Below are positions 53,101 through 64,000 of a stretch of 64,000 nucleotides of DNA, in pieces. Numbering within the stretch: the stretch's first letter is position 1; the number at the start of each line of letters is the position of its first letter. The notes beneath the pieces are model-generated. The model made no database searches. It saw only the letters and a list, made by a program, of their open reading frames with translations, and had not been told where the DNA came from. Made by a program: the position numbers and the translations under genes. This DNA comes from Macrostomum lignano. Taxonomy: Eukaryota. The stretch is from positions 187,340-251,339 of the forward strand of contig NIVC01001678.1 in NCBI GenBank assembly GCA_002269645.1. The letters are read 5' to 3'.

Positions 53101-56100
53101 GAGACGAATCTCATCAGAGACGAATCTCATCAGAGACGAATCTAATTGCAGACAAATCTCCCCAATAATGCAGCATCCCCAAACACATGATAAATATTCG
53201 CCTTCAGCACAATTGTTGAACCAAAATCAATTAATGGCGAAATCAACCCCTAAAAAGAGATCTGTGTACAGACCGCACGTGTCGAGCATGCTAAACGAGC
53301 ATTCTTATCGATTCTGAGCAAAAAAAATTGAAAAAATATCAAACTGTAAGTATAGAAGAGTTGGACAAAGAGCTGAACAAAGATCCCTGTGCCACGCCTC
53401 GCTATTTTGCATGCTATGAAATTCGATAGGATTATTTCTATTATAAATTGTTGTTTTTTCAAGTCTGGAGTCTGCCCTGCCCCTCCCACATCCCATCCCA
53501 AATAGGATTTTTTCTTTTGTTTTGAGATGCATGCATCTTATAGCTATGAGAGACACTGGAAGGAGGTTAATGGTCTGGGTCTATTCCCCAGATTGACACG
53601 TGTCAGTCACATGATTCAATGCCAAATTGGCATGGCACCGATTCGATATTGTGTATAGATTATACCATATACACGAAATATAAAAAACAGAATTGAAATC
53701 TGAGTCCTTTATTCTTTAGACCCAAAGAAAGGCAAGCGAGATTGCATGGAATTTCAGATCTTAGACAAGCCTTGAATTGTTTCTGCGTTTTCTAGGGTTG
53801 AATAATTGATTTTTTATGCCTGAGAAATCGGTCCGTTTGAGCAATTGAGTTGTTACTCAATACTCCTCTTCTCTGTTTCCCCTCCCAGGGCCTCCCTCTC
53901 CCTCTCCCTCTCCCTCCTTCTCCCCCTCCTTCTCCCCCTCCCTCTCTCCCCTCACCCTCTACCCTCTCTCTCCCCCTCACTTTCTACTCTACCCTCTCTC
54001 GTTCTTCTCTATCTCCTTCTCTATCTCTCCCATCTCCCCTTCTCCCTCTCTAGAGCTCAAGAAAAGAAATTAGCAAGAATGGAGATTTTGGAAACGCAGA
54101 CATGCAGACTCGAGTATAACGAAGTCAAGCGCATATAAGATACTTCAGACACTCTTGATTAGCCCAATCTCTGCACCTCATCGGATTTCGCTAGCCCTCC
54201 CGAGCCTGATACAGGTGTGTATATTCAGAGCGGAAAGTCAAACGCGGGGTCAATATTATTCAATCTTCCTCTCCTTCAGCATAACAGGTTCGAATAGCGC
54301 TATGGCAATGCAGATGGCTGCTCAAGGAAGGAAGTCCAGTTGAGAACCCCATCCTATTGCTTGAGCACTGCGCGATGCCGTCTACCCAGCTAAAAATGAG
54401 TGGGCGGCGGAGGCCCATGCAGCTCTAATTCCGACATATTGATAATTCCCCAACCCCCCCCCCATGTCGAGGGATTACAGACTTTCACGTCTGATTAGAG
54501 AGAGGAAAGGCAGGTCTATAAGGTCGCCATCAGTTCCTTTCTTTCTTCAATCTCGGCCGGCCGCCCCGTCATTCCCTCCTCTCCCTCCCCTAAGTCGAAT
54601 TGAATTGTCGAAATCGTCATTTAGTTTTCGACTATAGCCTGCCTTCTCTATCTATAGCTGCATTCCTATACGAGATTTATAGCAATTCCTATATAATAGT
54701 AGTCAGACGCGGTCTTTCTTTTTTTTAACTGAAATTCTGGGCCTCCCGCTTGAGTGGCCTAACGAGATTAGCCTGACCGGGGGGGGGGGGCGTCAGATGC
54801 TCCATAGAGTTCCGATTCTCGTCAGACCATCGCCTCCCTCTATAGTGATTCAGTCCTGGCGCATTTGCGTATGGGGGAATGCTAGACTATTTGACTTACA
54901 TGGTAGGCCATCAGAGATCTAATGCAGACTCTGGATGTCATGACTCAAACCAATCTCTGCTCTCTGATCTCTGCTGAACCCTGCATGCCAATGCCAAGCG
55001 GCTTCTGCCAGTGCGCGCTTCTGTTAGTGCGCGCTTCTGTTAGTGCGCGCTTCTGTTAGTGCGCGCTTCTGCCAGTGTGCGCTTCTTCCAGTGCGCGCTT
55101 ATGCCAGCATCCGATCAATTATGATTTCTTATCCATTCTATTGGGTGTTGAGTTGCAGACACGCACACAAACGGTGCACTGACTTAATAGCAACTAAATT
55201 AAATTGTATTCTATTTCTAAAGTTGATATCAATTTTGCAAACTTTCGCAATTTGCTTCCGCAAGCAGGCCATCCCGACTCGGCGTCAGTTCCCTACTTGA
55301 GCGCCGCGGTTGCCACCCCGTCTCCAAGCGGCAGCGGCGGCAGCGTCGATGGCAGCCGAGGCGGCAACGGCTCGAACTCGGTTTCATCCGCCTCTGTATC
55401 CGTGTCGTCGGCGGCCGCCGCCGCAGCTGCCGCTCACGCGCAGCATCTGCAGCATCAGCAGCTGCAGCAGCAGCAACAGCAACAGCAGCAGCAATACCAT
55501 CATTTTTATCCAGATTTTACCGGCTGGGGCGGCGGTGGCGGCCACCTGCCTGCCTACACCTCAGCCCAGATTGGCAGGTGCGGCAACTCCTCGTCAGCCA
55601 TGGCCTACCATCAGCAGCAGCATCAGCAGCATCACATGCTGGCTCCACCGCCGCCGCCGCCTCCTCAGCAGACAGCGGCCGGTCTTGGCTGTCTGTCGCC
55701 CAGTCTCCTGCATCATCACTATCAGCAGCAGCAGCAGCAGCAGCATCCCTATGCCTACTATGACCAACTAGCTGCTCACGCTGAATGCCAGCAGCCTCTG
55801 ATCGGCATCAAGAATGAGCCTTCTTCGCTGGCTCAGCATCATCAGCTGCATCATCAGCATCAGCATCAGCAGCTTCCGCAGCACCAGCTTCAGCACCAGC
55901 ATCAGCAGATGGAGCGTCTGATGACCACCACGGGGTACAGCGGCGGCGGCAGCGGAGGCGGCGGTGGCGGCGGAGGTTCCTCAGAGCCGAAGTCACGGAA
56001 GTCTCATCACCAGCAGCAGCAGCAACAGCAGCAGCACGTGAAGAAACCGCTAAACGCTTTCATGCTTTTTATGAAGGAGATGCGAGCCAAGGTCGTGGCG

Positions 56101-57744
56101 GAGTGCACACTCAAGGAGTCGGCCGCCATCAACCAGATTCTTGGGCGCAAGGTGAGCAGAGCAATTGCAAACTTGCGTCTGACGCACTCTCCATCTATCC
56201 CTCTCTCCATCTCCCTCTCTCCATCTATCCCTCTCTCCATCTCCCCCTCTCCATCTACCCTCTCTCCATCTACCCTCTCTCCATCTAACCCCTCTCTCCA
56301 CCTACCCCTCTCCTAATCTATCCCTCTCTCCATCGACCTCTCTCTATCTCTCTCTCTCTCCATCTACCACTTCCTCATCTACCATTTCCCTATCTACCAT
56401 CTCCCCATCTACTATCACCCCATCTACCATCTCCTCATCTACCATCTCCCCATCTACCATCTCCCTCCCTATCTACCATCTCCCCATCTATCATCTCCCC
56501 CCTCTACTCATACGTTCTCCTCACCTCTCCATCTACCCTTCCATCTAACTCTCTCTCTCCCTCTCTCTCTCCATGTCCGCTCAAAATCTCAGTCTTTACC
56601 TCATGGTCTATGTTTAACTGTAACTGAGGCAAACACTGGCACATTTGCACATCAGCAACAATGCAAAGAAAAATTCCCCAAGGCCCAACAAGCAAGACAG
56701 CAAGCCTAGCTGGTATTACAGTGGCAACTTAACTATTAAAGCCTAAGGCAGCATCCTTCACGCGCGCATATTTATCAGCATTGCCCGAGGCCTGTCCATT
56801 CACAGCAATGCTATTTGAATGGGAAAACTTTTTGCCTGTTGCAGCAATAAAATTTCTTTGCCCATCTCCCTAACAATAAACTCCCAGCCGTGTACAAGAC
56901 TTGCTGCTTTGTTGAAGCCCATGCAGAAGCAGAAGAATTTAGTGCTAGGCAAGGCCGCAATTCCTCGAGGCACTCGAGACGCTGCAGTCCCGTTCGTGCC
57001 GCGGGACAAAGGGGAGACTCAGGGCCAGGCGTGTTCAGTTCCCAGGGTCTCCAGCAGCTCTTTAGCCTCATCAGATCTGGCACATCCACCTACTCCCAAT
57101 TACCCACCCACCCCCGGGGGGGGGGAGGCTATTAACGAGATCCTCACAGGCCTCATGCGAGTCTTGTTTGCTACTGTAGGGATCATAATTAATCTAAATT
57201 GCTAGCCACATCAATGGGCCAAACAGGTAACACACGAAATACATGTACGAGTCTAGTTACCGGGTTAGGCGTGTGATTTTGGAGTAATAAACAAATTTAC
57301 GGTCTAAAAATTGTATCACTAAGATTTATAGTGCCACTACGGATAATTGATAGCTACCAGTATATTAGAGTCTGTATAAAGATGAAGATATTCACAAGTG
57401 ACTCAGTGCATTGCATTTGCATGAGGGCACAAACCACAAATGCACAGACTGTACATGTCGGATGATTAGAAAGTCAAGGCCGCTGTAAATCCTGTGTGAG
57501 CGTTTGCGTTGCTCATTCTCCCTGAGAACTACATGCCGCACTGCGCCACCCTCCACTGCAGTGGCACAATCTGTCACGCGAGGAGCAGGCCAAGTACTAC
57601 GAGCTGGCCCGCAAGGAGAAGGAGCTGCACATGCAGATGTACCCGGGCTGGACAGCGCGCGACAACTACGCGGTGCAGCTGGCCAACAAGAAGAAGGCCA
57701 AGAAGCGGCGAGGTGACTCCAACTTGTCGACGATGCACCAGCAG

Positions 57745-57776
<32 letters not shown>

Positions 57777-60700
57777 GCATCTGCAGCACATCCAGCAGCA
57801 CCATCAGCAGCAAGGTACGAATCGCCCCCCTCTTTGAGTCCAGTCTGTTCCCGTCGTAGCTCGAAAGAATTTTCTATTTCGATTCGTCCGCAAATTAAAG
57901 ACCCGACAGAGGTAGCTGCGCAACAGCGCGAAGCTCAGGTGTGCGAACAAATTCATAAACGTTCCTTTCGTGCGCAAACTCGAGCTGTTGATGAATAGGC
58001 AGATGGAGGAGCCTTTTGAATTTTTCTTTCTCCAAAGAAGCTGCTTCCTGTCTTTTCTTTACGGTAGAATTTGGAAACAGTTTTTTTGTTCACAAGCGCA
58101 CCTGATCCAAATTGGCCTCCTTTGAATAGAAAATCCCAGTGTGCCAGCTGATGACAAGTTCGTTGGAAACGGGGAAGCTCCCAAATAACACGAGGATTAT
58201 CGTCAGATAGTTTTGCTCATATTTTGGTGTCCATCGTTGTTCAAAATAAATCTGCCGATACAAATGCTCGTAATGATTCAATGCCAAGTCTATAAATCGA
58301 ATACCAGATGGCAGGTGCAGAGGCTTTGTCACGCATTTTACAAATCCAATTAGCGACTTTATTTGACGCTTTATAAGACACCGAGCTTCGCGTGGTTCTT
58401 GTAAAGCCCCGAGAAAAGGATATTCAGCGTTTTGCAATCTCTTCGATGCTTGAAAACCGAAATTTCATTCCAGACCTGAAGAAGCTGCAGCTGCCGATGC
58501 AGCAGCCGTCGCCAATCTCCGGTTACGGCGTCGCCACGGCGGACGAGGCGGCCATCCACGCCAGCTACCTGGGCAAGATTGACTACAAGCCGGCAATGAC
58601 CGGGTGAGAACTAACGGGGTGCTTGATTGACTAAGTTGAGCTTATGAAGAATCTTTTTTTGACGAGAAAGTGTTACCGATTCAATAGATGTAGAACTGGA
58701 GTGGTATTGTGCATTCCTGTGTAGTCACCGCAGCTACCCCTCCTGTCCTGCAGTAGCTACTGCCGCAGTTACCCCTCTGTCCTGCAGTAGCTACTGCCGC
58801 AGTTACCCCTCTGTCCTGCAGTAGCTACTGCCGCAGTTACCCCTCCTGTCCTGCAGTAGCTACTGCCGCAGTTACCCCTCTGTCCTGCAGTAGCTACTGC
58901 CGCAGTTACCCCTCTGTCCTGCAGTAGCTACTGCCGCAGTTACCCCTCTGTCCTGCAGTAGCTACTGCCGCAGTTACCCCTCTTGTCCTGCAGTAGCCAC
59001 TGCCGCAGTTACCCCTCTTGTCCTGCAGTAACCACTGCCGCAGTTACCCCTCTTGTCCTGCAGTAACCACTGCCGCAGTTACCCCTCTTGTCCTGCAGTA
59101 GCCACTGCCGCAGTTACCCCTCTTGTCCTGCAGTAGCTACTGCCGCAGTTACCCCTCTGTCCTGCAGTAGCTACTGCCGCAGTTACCCCTCCTGTCCTGC
59201 AGTAGCTACTGCCGCAGTTACCCCTCTGTCCTGCAGTAGCTACTGCCGCAGTTACCCCTCTGTCCTGCAGTAGCTACTGCCGCAGTTACCCCTCTGTCCT
59301 GCAGTAGCTACTGCCGCAGTTACCCCTCCTGTCCTGCAGTAGCTACTGCCGCAGTTACCCCTCTGTCCTGCAGTAGCTACTGCCGCAGTTACCCCTCTGT
59401 CCTGCAGTAGCTACTGCCGCAGTTACCCCTCTTGTCCTGCAGTAGCCACTGCCGCAGTTACCCCTCTTGTCCTGCAGTAACCACTGCCGCAGTTACCCCT
59501 CTTGTCCTGCAGTAACCACTGCCGCAGTTACCCCTCTTGTCCTGCAGTAGCCACTGCCGCAGTTACCCCTCTTGTCCTGCAGTAGCTACTGCCGCAGTTA
59601 CCCCTCTGTCCTGCAGTAGCTACTGCCGCAGTTACCCCTCCTGTCCTGCAGTAGCTACTGCCGCAGTTACCCCTCTGTCCTGCAGTAGCTACTGCCGCAG
59701 TTACCCCTCTTGTCCTGCAGTAGCCACTGCCGCAGTTACCCCTCTTGTCCTGCAGTAACCACTGCCGCAGTTACCCCTCTTGTCCTGCAGTAACCACTGC
59801 CGCAGTTACCCCTCTTGTCCTGCAGTAGCCACTGCCGCAGTTACCCCGCCTGTCCTGCAGTAGCCACTGCCGCAGCAACCCCGCCTGTCCTGCAGTAGCC
59901 ACTGCCGCAGTTACCCCCTTGTCCTGCAGTAGCCACTGCGCGCAGCAACCCCGCCTGTCCTGCAGTAGCCACTGCCGCAGTTACCCCTCTTGTCCTGCAG
60001 TGGCCACTGCCGCAGCAACCCCGCCTGTCCTGCAGTAGCCACTGCCGCAGTTACCCCCTTGTCCTGCAGTAGCCACTGCCGCAGCAACGCCGCCTGTCCT
60101 GCAGTAGCCACTGCCGCAGTTACCCCCTTGTCCTGCAGTAGCCACTGCGCGCAGCAACCCCGCCTGTCCTGCAGTAGCCACTGCCGCAGTTACCCCTCTT
60201 GTCCTGCAGTGGCCACTGCCGCAGCAACCCCGCCTGTCCTGCAGTAGCCACTGCCGCAGTTACCCCTCTTGTCCTGCAGTGGCCACTGCCGCAGCAACCC
60301 CGCCTGTCCTGCAGTAGCCACTGCCGCAGTTACCCCCTTGTCCTGCAGTAGCCACTGCCGCAGCAACGCCGCCTGTCCTGCAGTAGCCACTGCCGCAGTT
60401 ACCCCCTTGTCCTGCAGTAGCCACTGCCGCAGTTACCCCGCCTGTCCTGCAGTAGCCACTGCCGCAGCAACCCCGCCTGTCCTGCAGTAGCCACTGCCGC
60501 AGTTACCCCCTTGTCCTGCAGTAGCCACTGCGCGCAGCAACCCCGCCTGTCCTGCAGTAGCCACTGCCGCAGTTACCCCTCTTGTCCTGCAGTGGCCACT
60601 GCCGCAGCAACCCCGCCTGTCCTGCAGTAGCCACTGCCGCAGTTACCCCTCTTGTCCTGCAGTGGCCACTGCCGCAGCAACCCCGCCTGTCCTGCAGTAG

Positions 60701-61030
60701 CCACTGCCGCAGTTACCCCTCTTGTCCTGCAGTGGCGACTGTCGCAACCCTTCTGTCCTGCAGTAGCCGTTAGCTCTGTAGGAATTAGGATACATCCAAT
60801 TTAAGCCTGTTAAAGTGTCCACGCGCTTCCACCTTCAACTTCAACTTACACCGGCCATTTGCAGAGACATGCGTCACCACTACGACAACTTCCACATGAT
60901 GCAAGCGGCCGCTGCGGCAGCCGCCTCCGCCGCCATCTACGACAGCTACCCGATGGCCACCGGCTCCTCTGCCGGCAGTCACGCGTCGTCGTCACAGGAA
61001 GGCGGCATGACCTTCACGGAGCTCACCTGA
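50175..61030 (+). CDS. TCF: TCF/LEF (pangolin-like) HMG-box transcription factor, join(50175..50217,55268..56151,57562..57814,58474..58603,60865..61030), 491 aa
   Basis: HMG box [39 protein letters not shown]|[36 protein letters not shown] plus basic tail KKKAKKRR. Canonical GT/AG sites with phases 1,0,1,2; total 1476 nt. HMG exons are certain; terminal exons are inferred from splice phase. Confidence 0.9.
50455..52750. repeat. 21-bp minisatellite GGGCGCCCCTGTCTCTTAGGT with ~1053-bp higher-order periodicity (TCF intron 1)
   Basis: Identical ORFs recur at offset 1053 (51058/52111, 51167/52220, 51325/52378). Confidence 0.93.
52775..53142. repeat. 16-bp tandem GAGACGAATCTCATCA
   Basis: Direct, nearly perfect. 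Confidence 0.96.
58725..60770. repeat. ~35-bp minisatellite in TCF intron 4, each unit containing the palindrome GCAGTAGCTACTGC (or the variant GCAGTAGCCACTGC)
   Basis: Direct. Confidence 0.94.
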
Positions 61031-61522
61031 GCAACAGGATTTCTCGGAAACCAAAGGAATTTTCCAATCTTCTGAATATTTGAAATCTGCACTTTTCATT
61101 AGCAAAACAAGATAGATCAGACCGAGACTAAGAGAATGATTTTTCAATCATTGTGTAGCTTTTCTCGTATATTCTGCTTGGCAACCAACTTTGACCCTTC
61201 CCACGCTTACTGCTCGCTAATGCAGATAAAAACGAGACACCATAATATTCGCACCTTTTCAATTAACTGGCACTCTCTCTATATATAGACCCCAAATCGG
61301 ACACTGACTGTCTAATCCAATCTGTTGCAATCTAGTCTTTTTATTTTCTGTCTAATCTCTGATTCTCTTACGGTTTACCTGATTGCTTGCTCTCATGTTG
61401 CTTTCTCATTGATTGTATATCAACAACCTACTCAAATACCCTTATTATATTATTGCCTGCGGCGAATACCGACCCCGTGGAACATTAACAAATATACTAA
61501 CGGACTCCAGCAAGCCGGTCTC

Positions 61523-61592
61523 TTTGTCTGTCTGTCTGTCTGTCTCTCTGCCTGCCTATCTCTCTGTCTGTCTGTCTGTCTGCCTGCCTGCC

Positions 61593-61629
<37 letters not shown>

Positions 61630-61640
61630 GCCTGTCTGTC
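61523..61640. repeat. (TCTG)n microsatellite
   Basis: Direct. Confidence 0.93.
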
Positions 61641-61949
61641 TATTCTCCAAAGTCGATCCACACCACGCGAGTTTTGCTACAAGAAATATTATGCACCGAA
61701 AAACACAGGTTTTGACTGTCAGGATAAACACAGTCTCAGATTTCTGTCTTTATTTTCTTTCCTAAATGAAAAATTCAACAGGTTCTACTTAAAACTATTT
61801 TAGTAGTATCTGCAGACAACGCTCGTAATGAAGGCTTATTTTTTAGGTTCTCAAAAATATCATATAAAAATGTCTAAACAGGAAAATATCGATTTGTAAA
61901 GGAGATTACCTAATGTTGCAGATCGAAAACCACAACGTTTATGGGAATT

Positions 61950-63013
61950 CGTTTATGGGCTTCGCAACCCACGGCCTGCCCGACGTCTTGGTGTCGGACA
62001 ACGGACCGAACCTGGTCAGCGCAGAGATGGAGAGGTTCCTCGAAAAGAACGCCATCCGGCACGTGCGGACGGCGCCCTACCATCCTGCATCAAACGGCCA
62101 GGCCGAGCGTGCCGTGCAAACTCTGAAGCGGGCGCTGGCCAAGCAGCGGAGCGGCACCTTGGAGGAGCGCGTTGCCCGTTTCCTGCTGACCTACCGAGTG
62201 ACGCCTCACGCGACGACCGGGAGGGCGCCATGCGAGCTGCTGATGGGACGGCGGCTGCACATGCTGCTGGACCGAGTCCGCCCTGACTTGGCCGCTTAAG
62301 TGGCAGCTCAGCAGGCGCTTCAAAAGGAGCAGCACGATGCTCACGCGCGGGATCGCTGCATCAACGTCGGTGACTCGGTGCTGGAGCGTGATTTCGCCAA
62401 CGACGGCCGCTTTAGACCTGCGACGGTGATGGCGAGTTCCGGTGCCGTGTCTTACACCTGCCGTTTTGAAGATGGCATGTTTTGCATGTGGATCAGGTGC
62501 GCAAGTCAGTGGTAGACAGACCGCAGCAAGAGCTTCTGCCACCGGCTTCAACGACGGCGGCCGAGGCAGAGAGCGGGCCACCGATGAAGTCGCGCCTGGG
62601 TGGTGACGATTCGGCTGAGGAAGCGAGTGCGACTGATGCGGCGCCACAGCTTCGGCGGTTAGAGCGAAAATGTGCTGCGCCTGACAGACTGACATACCAC
62701 TGGTGAAGGATGAACCTAATGACCTTATGAACTATGCTATTCGTTAGTGCTTATTAACTTCGGTGTGAAGGGGTGTGATGACCTCGGTTAGTTACATTTA
62801 CGAGGGTTAGGGTTAGGTTACCGATCGAATTATTATCGGTTGGTTTGTTGTTCGCGTGCAAGTAACCATTTCTTTGCTCGCTAGGCTCAGGCCTACTCGT
62901 GTGTGCATAGCGCGTTGTACGTGATCGATTGATCGTTCCCCCCATAGATCTGTGCATTGCACGTTGCTCTAAGTCAAAAATATAAGCACTGAGTGAAGAG
63001 TGATAATTTAACA
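61950..63013 (+). mobile_element. Ty3/gypsy (Mag/K02A2.6-like) remnant: integrase core, PPT and probable 3' LTR (62774-63013)
   Basis: FATHGLPDVLVSDNGP...TAPYHPASNGQAERAVQTLK...YRVTPHATTGRAPCELLMGR; in-frame TAA at 62297-62299 and a later frameshift; GAAGGGG|TGTGATG at 62774; ...TTTAACA end. Confidence 0.88.
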
Positions 63014-63699
63014 AGGCGTCTGTTCTGCCAACTAAAGCTGAGTCTTTACAGTAAGGGAATGCCCTGATTGGTAGGGGAATACCCTGATTGGTAGGGAAAT
63101 ACCCTGATTGGTAGGGGAATACCCTAATTGGTAGACGAATACCCTAAATGCTAGGGAAATGCCCCTATTATAAAGATCATCAGTAATTTTTGTCACAAAA
63201 TACCAACTATATTACTACGAGTAGTGGAAATAATTCAGACAAAAAATAACTCAAAACGAACATATTTTAATAAGTAATTTTGAATTCAACTGCAAATGGC
63301 ACAGCAGTTTAACTTGCTTGTATAATGAAGTGTCACTGCAGCAACTGTACAAGTACACGTCATTCTGTCAAATGCTAAAGCCAGTTCACCCTTGGGTCAG
63401 CCAGCCGCTCACTGACCGCCGCAGCCGGGCCGTTTCAGTCGCCGCCGACAAACGCGCCGGATGAAATCTTCGAGTGTCTGCAGTTGCACCGCAACGGAGC
63501 CGCCGTCGGCTAGGAGCTGCGGATCGGGAGGCGGCGCGCCCCAGCAGGCCAGCAGGCGGCGCCCGCCCGGTCATTGCACGTGTTGTCGCCGACTAGAAGG
63601 CCGCCACCGACACCGCTGCCACCACTGTTGGCAATTGGCAATAGAGAAATTGGCAATATAATAAACATTTTCGGAAATTCCTGTCTACGACATTTGACT

Positions 63700-64000
63700 G
63701 CTGACATAAACCCAAACCTAAACCTAAACTAAATCCGAATCCAAACCAAAAACTGAAACTTAAAGATAAACCCAAACCTAAACACAAATCAACCTAAACA
63801 CAAACCAGCCTAAACACAAACCAGCCTAAACACAAATCAGCCTAAACACAAAACCAACTAAACCCAAATAAACCTAAACACAAACCAACTTAAACACAAA
63901 TCAACCTAACACAAACCAGACCTAACACAAATCAGCCTAACACAAATCAGCCTAAACACAGACCTAAACACAAATCAGCCTAAACACAAACCAGCCTAAA
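63700..64000. repeat. A/C-rich ~16-bp tandem AAACACAAATCAGCCT, runs off the window end
   Basis: Direct. Confidence 0.88.

Noticed and set aside
56152-56316. C-terminal [11 protein letters not shown] tail of ORF 55204..56316
   Set aside because: Read-through into CT-rich intron after the AAG|GTGAGC donor.
58146-58195. CTGATGA...GAAAC hammerhead-like core
   Set aside because: A short stem II is possible, but there is no stem III closing with a GUH cleavage triplet and no stem I partner.
63386-63707. GC-rich ORFs near the window end
   Set aside because: Short, no family motif recognised; cannot distinguish a TE fragment from an exon of a gene outside the window.

Overview
Eukaryotic, intron-containing, repeat-rich animal DNA. 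The style (polyQ exons, many unrelated mini/microsatellites, CAG-rich coding) suggests an invertebrate such as the flatworm Macrostomum lignano; this is inference only. I reconstructed three spliced genes by hand, each with consistent splice phases: (1) a claudin/PMP22-like 4-TM gene (minus, 302-2322); (2) an ankyrin-repeat/Mab-21 (cGAS-like receptor, cGLR) fusion gene, join(14265..15595,18115..18464,19068..20545), 1052 aa, which the ORF track shows as three separate ORFs; (3) a TCF/LEF HMG-box gene (50175-61030, 5 exons, 491 aa). The most interesting structure is the ANK-cGLR locus. A second intact 11-repeat ankyrin exon (5887-7241) carries the identical phase-2 donor but has no catalytic exons of its own, and differs from the first mainly at predicted binding-surface residues. 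This suggests swappable sensor exons spliced onto one shared cGAS-like enzyme. A decayed third ANK copy (31643) and a captured cGLR fragment (26694) show the locus is turning over. Also present: two related foldback elements with TSDs, MITEs, Penelope/LINE fragments, Ty3/gypsy remnants, a solo LTR with a TSD, and more than 20 tandem-repeat arrays. Repeat and TE-fragment boundaries are approximate (read by eye) unless exact junctions are quoted.
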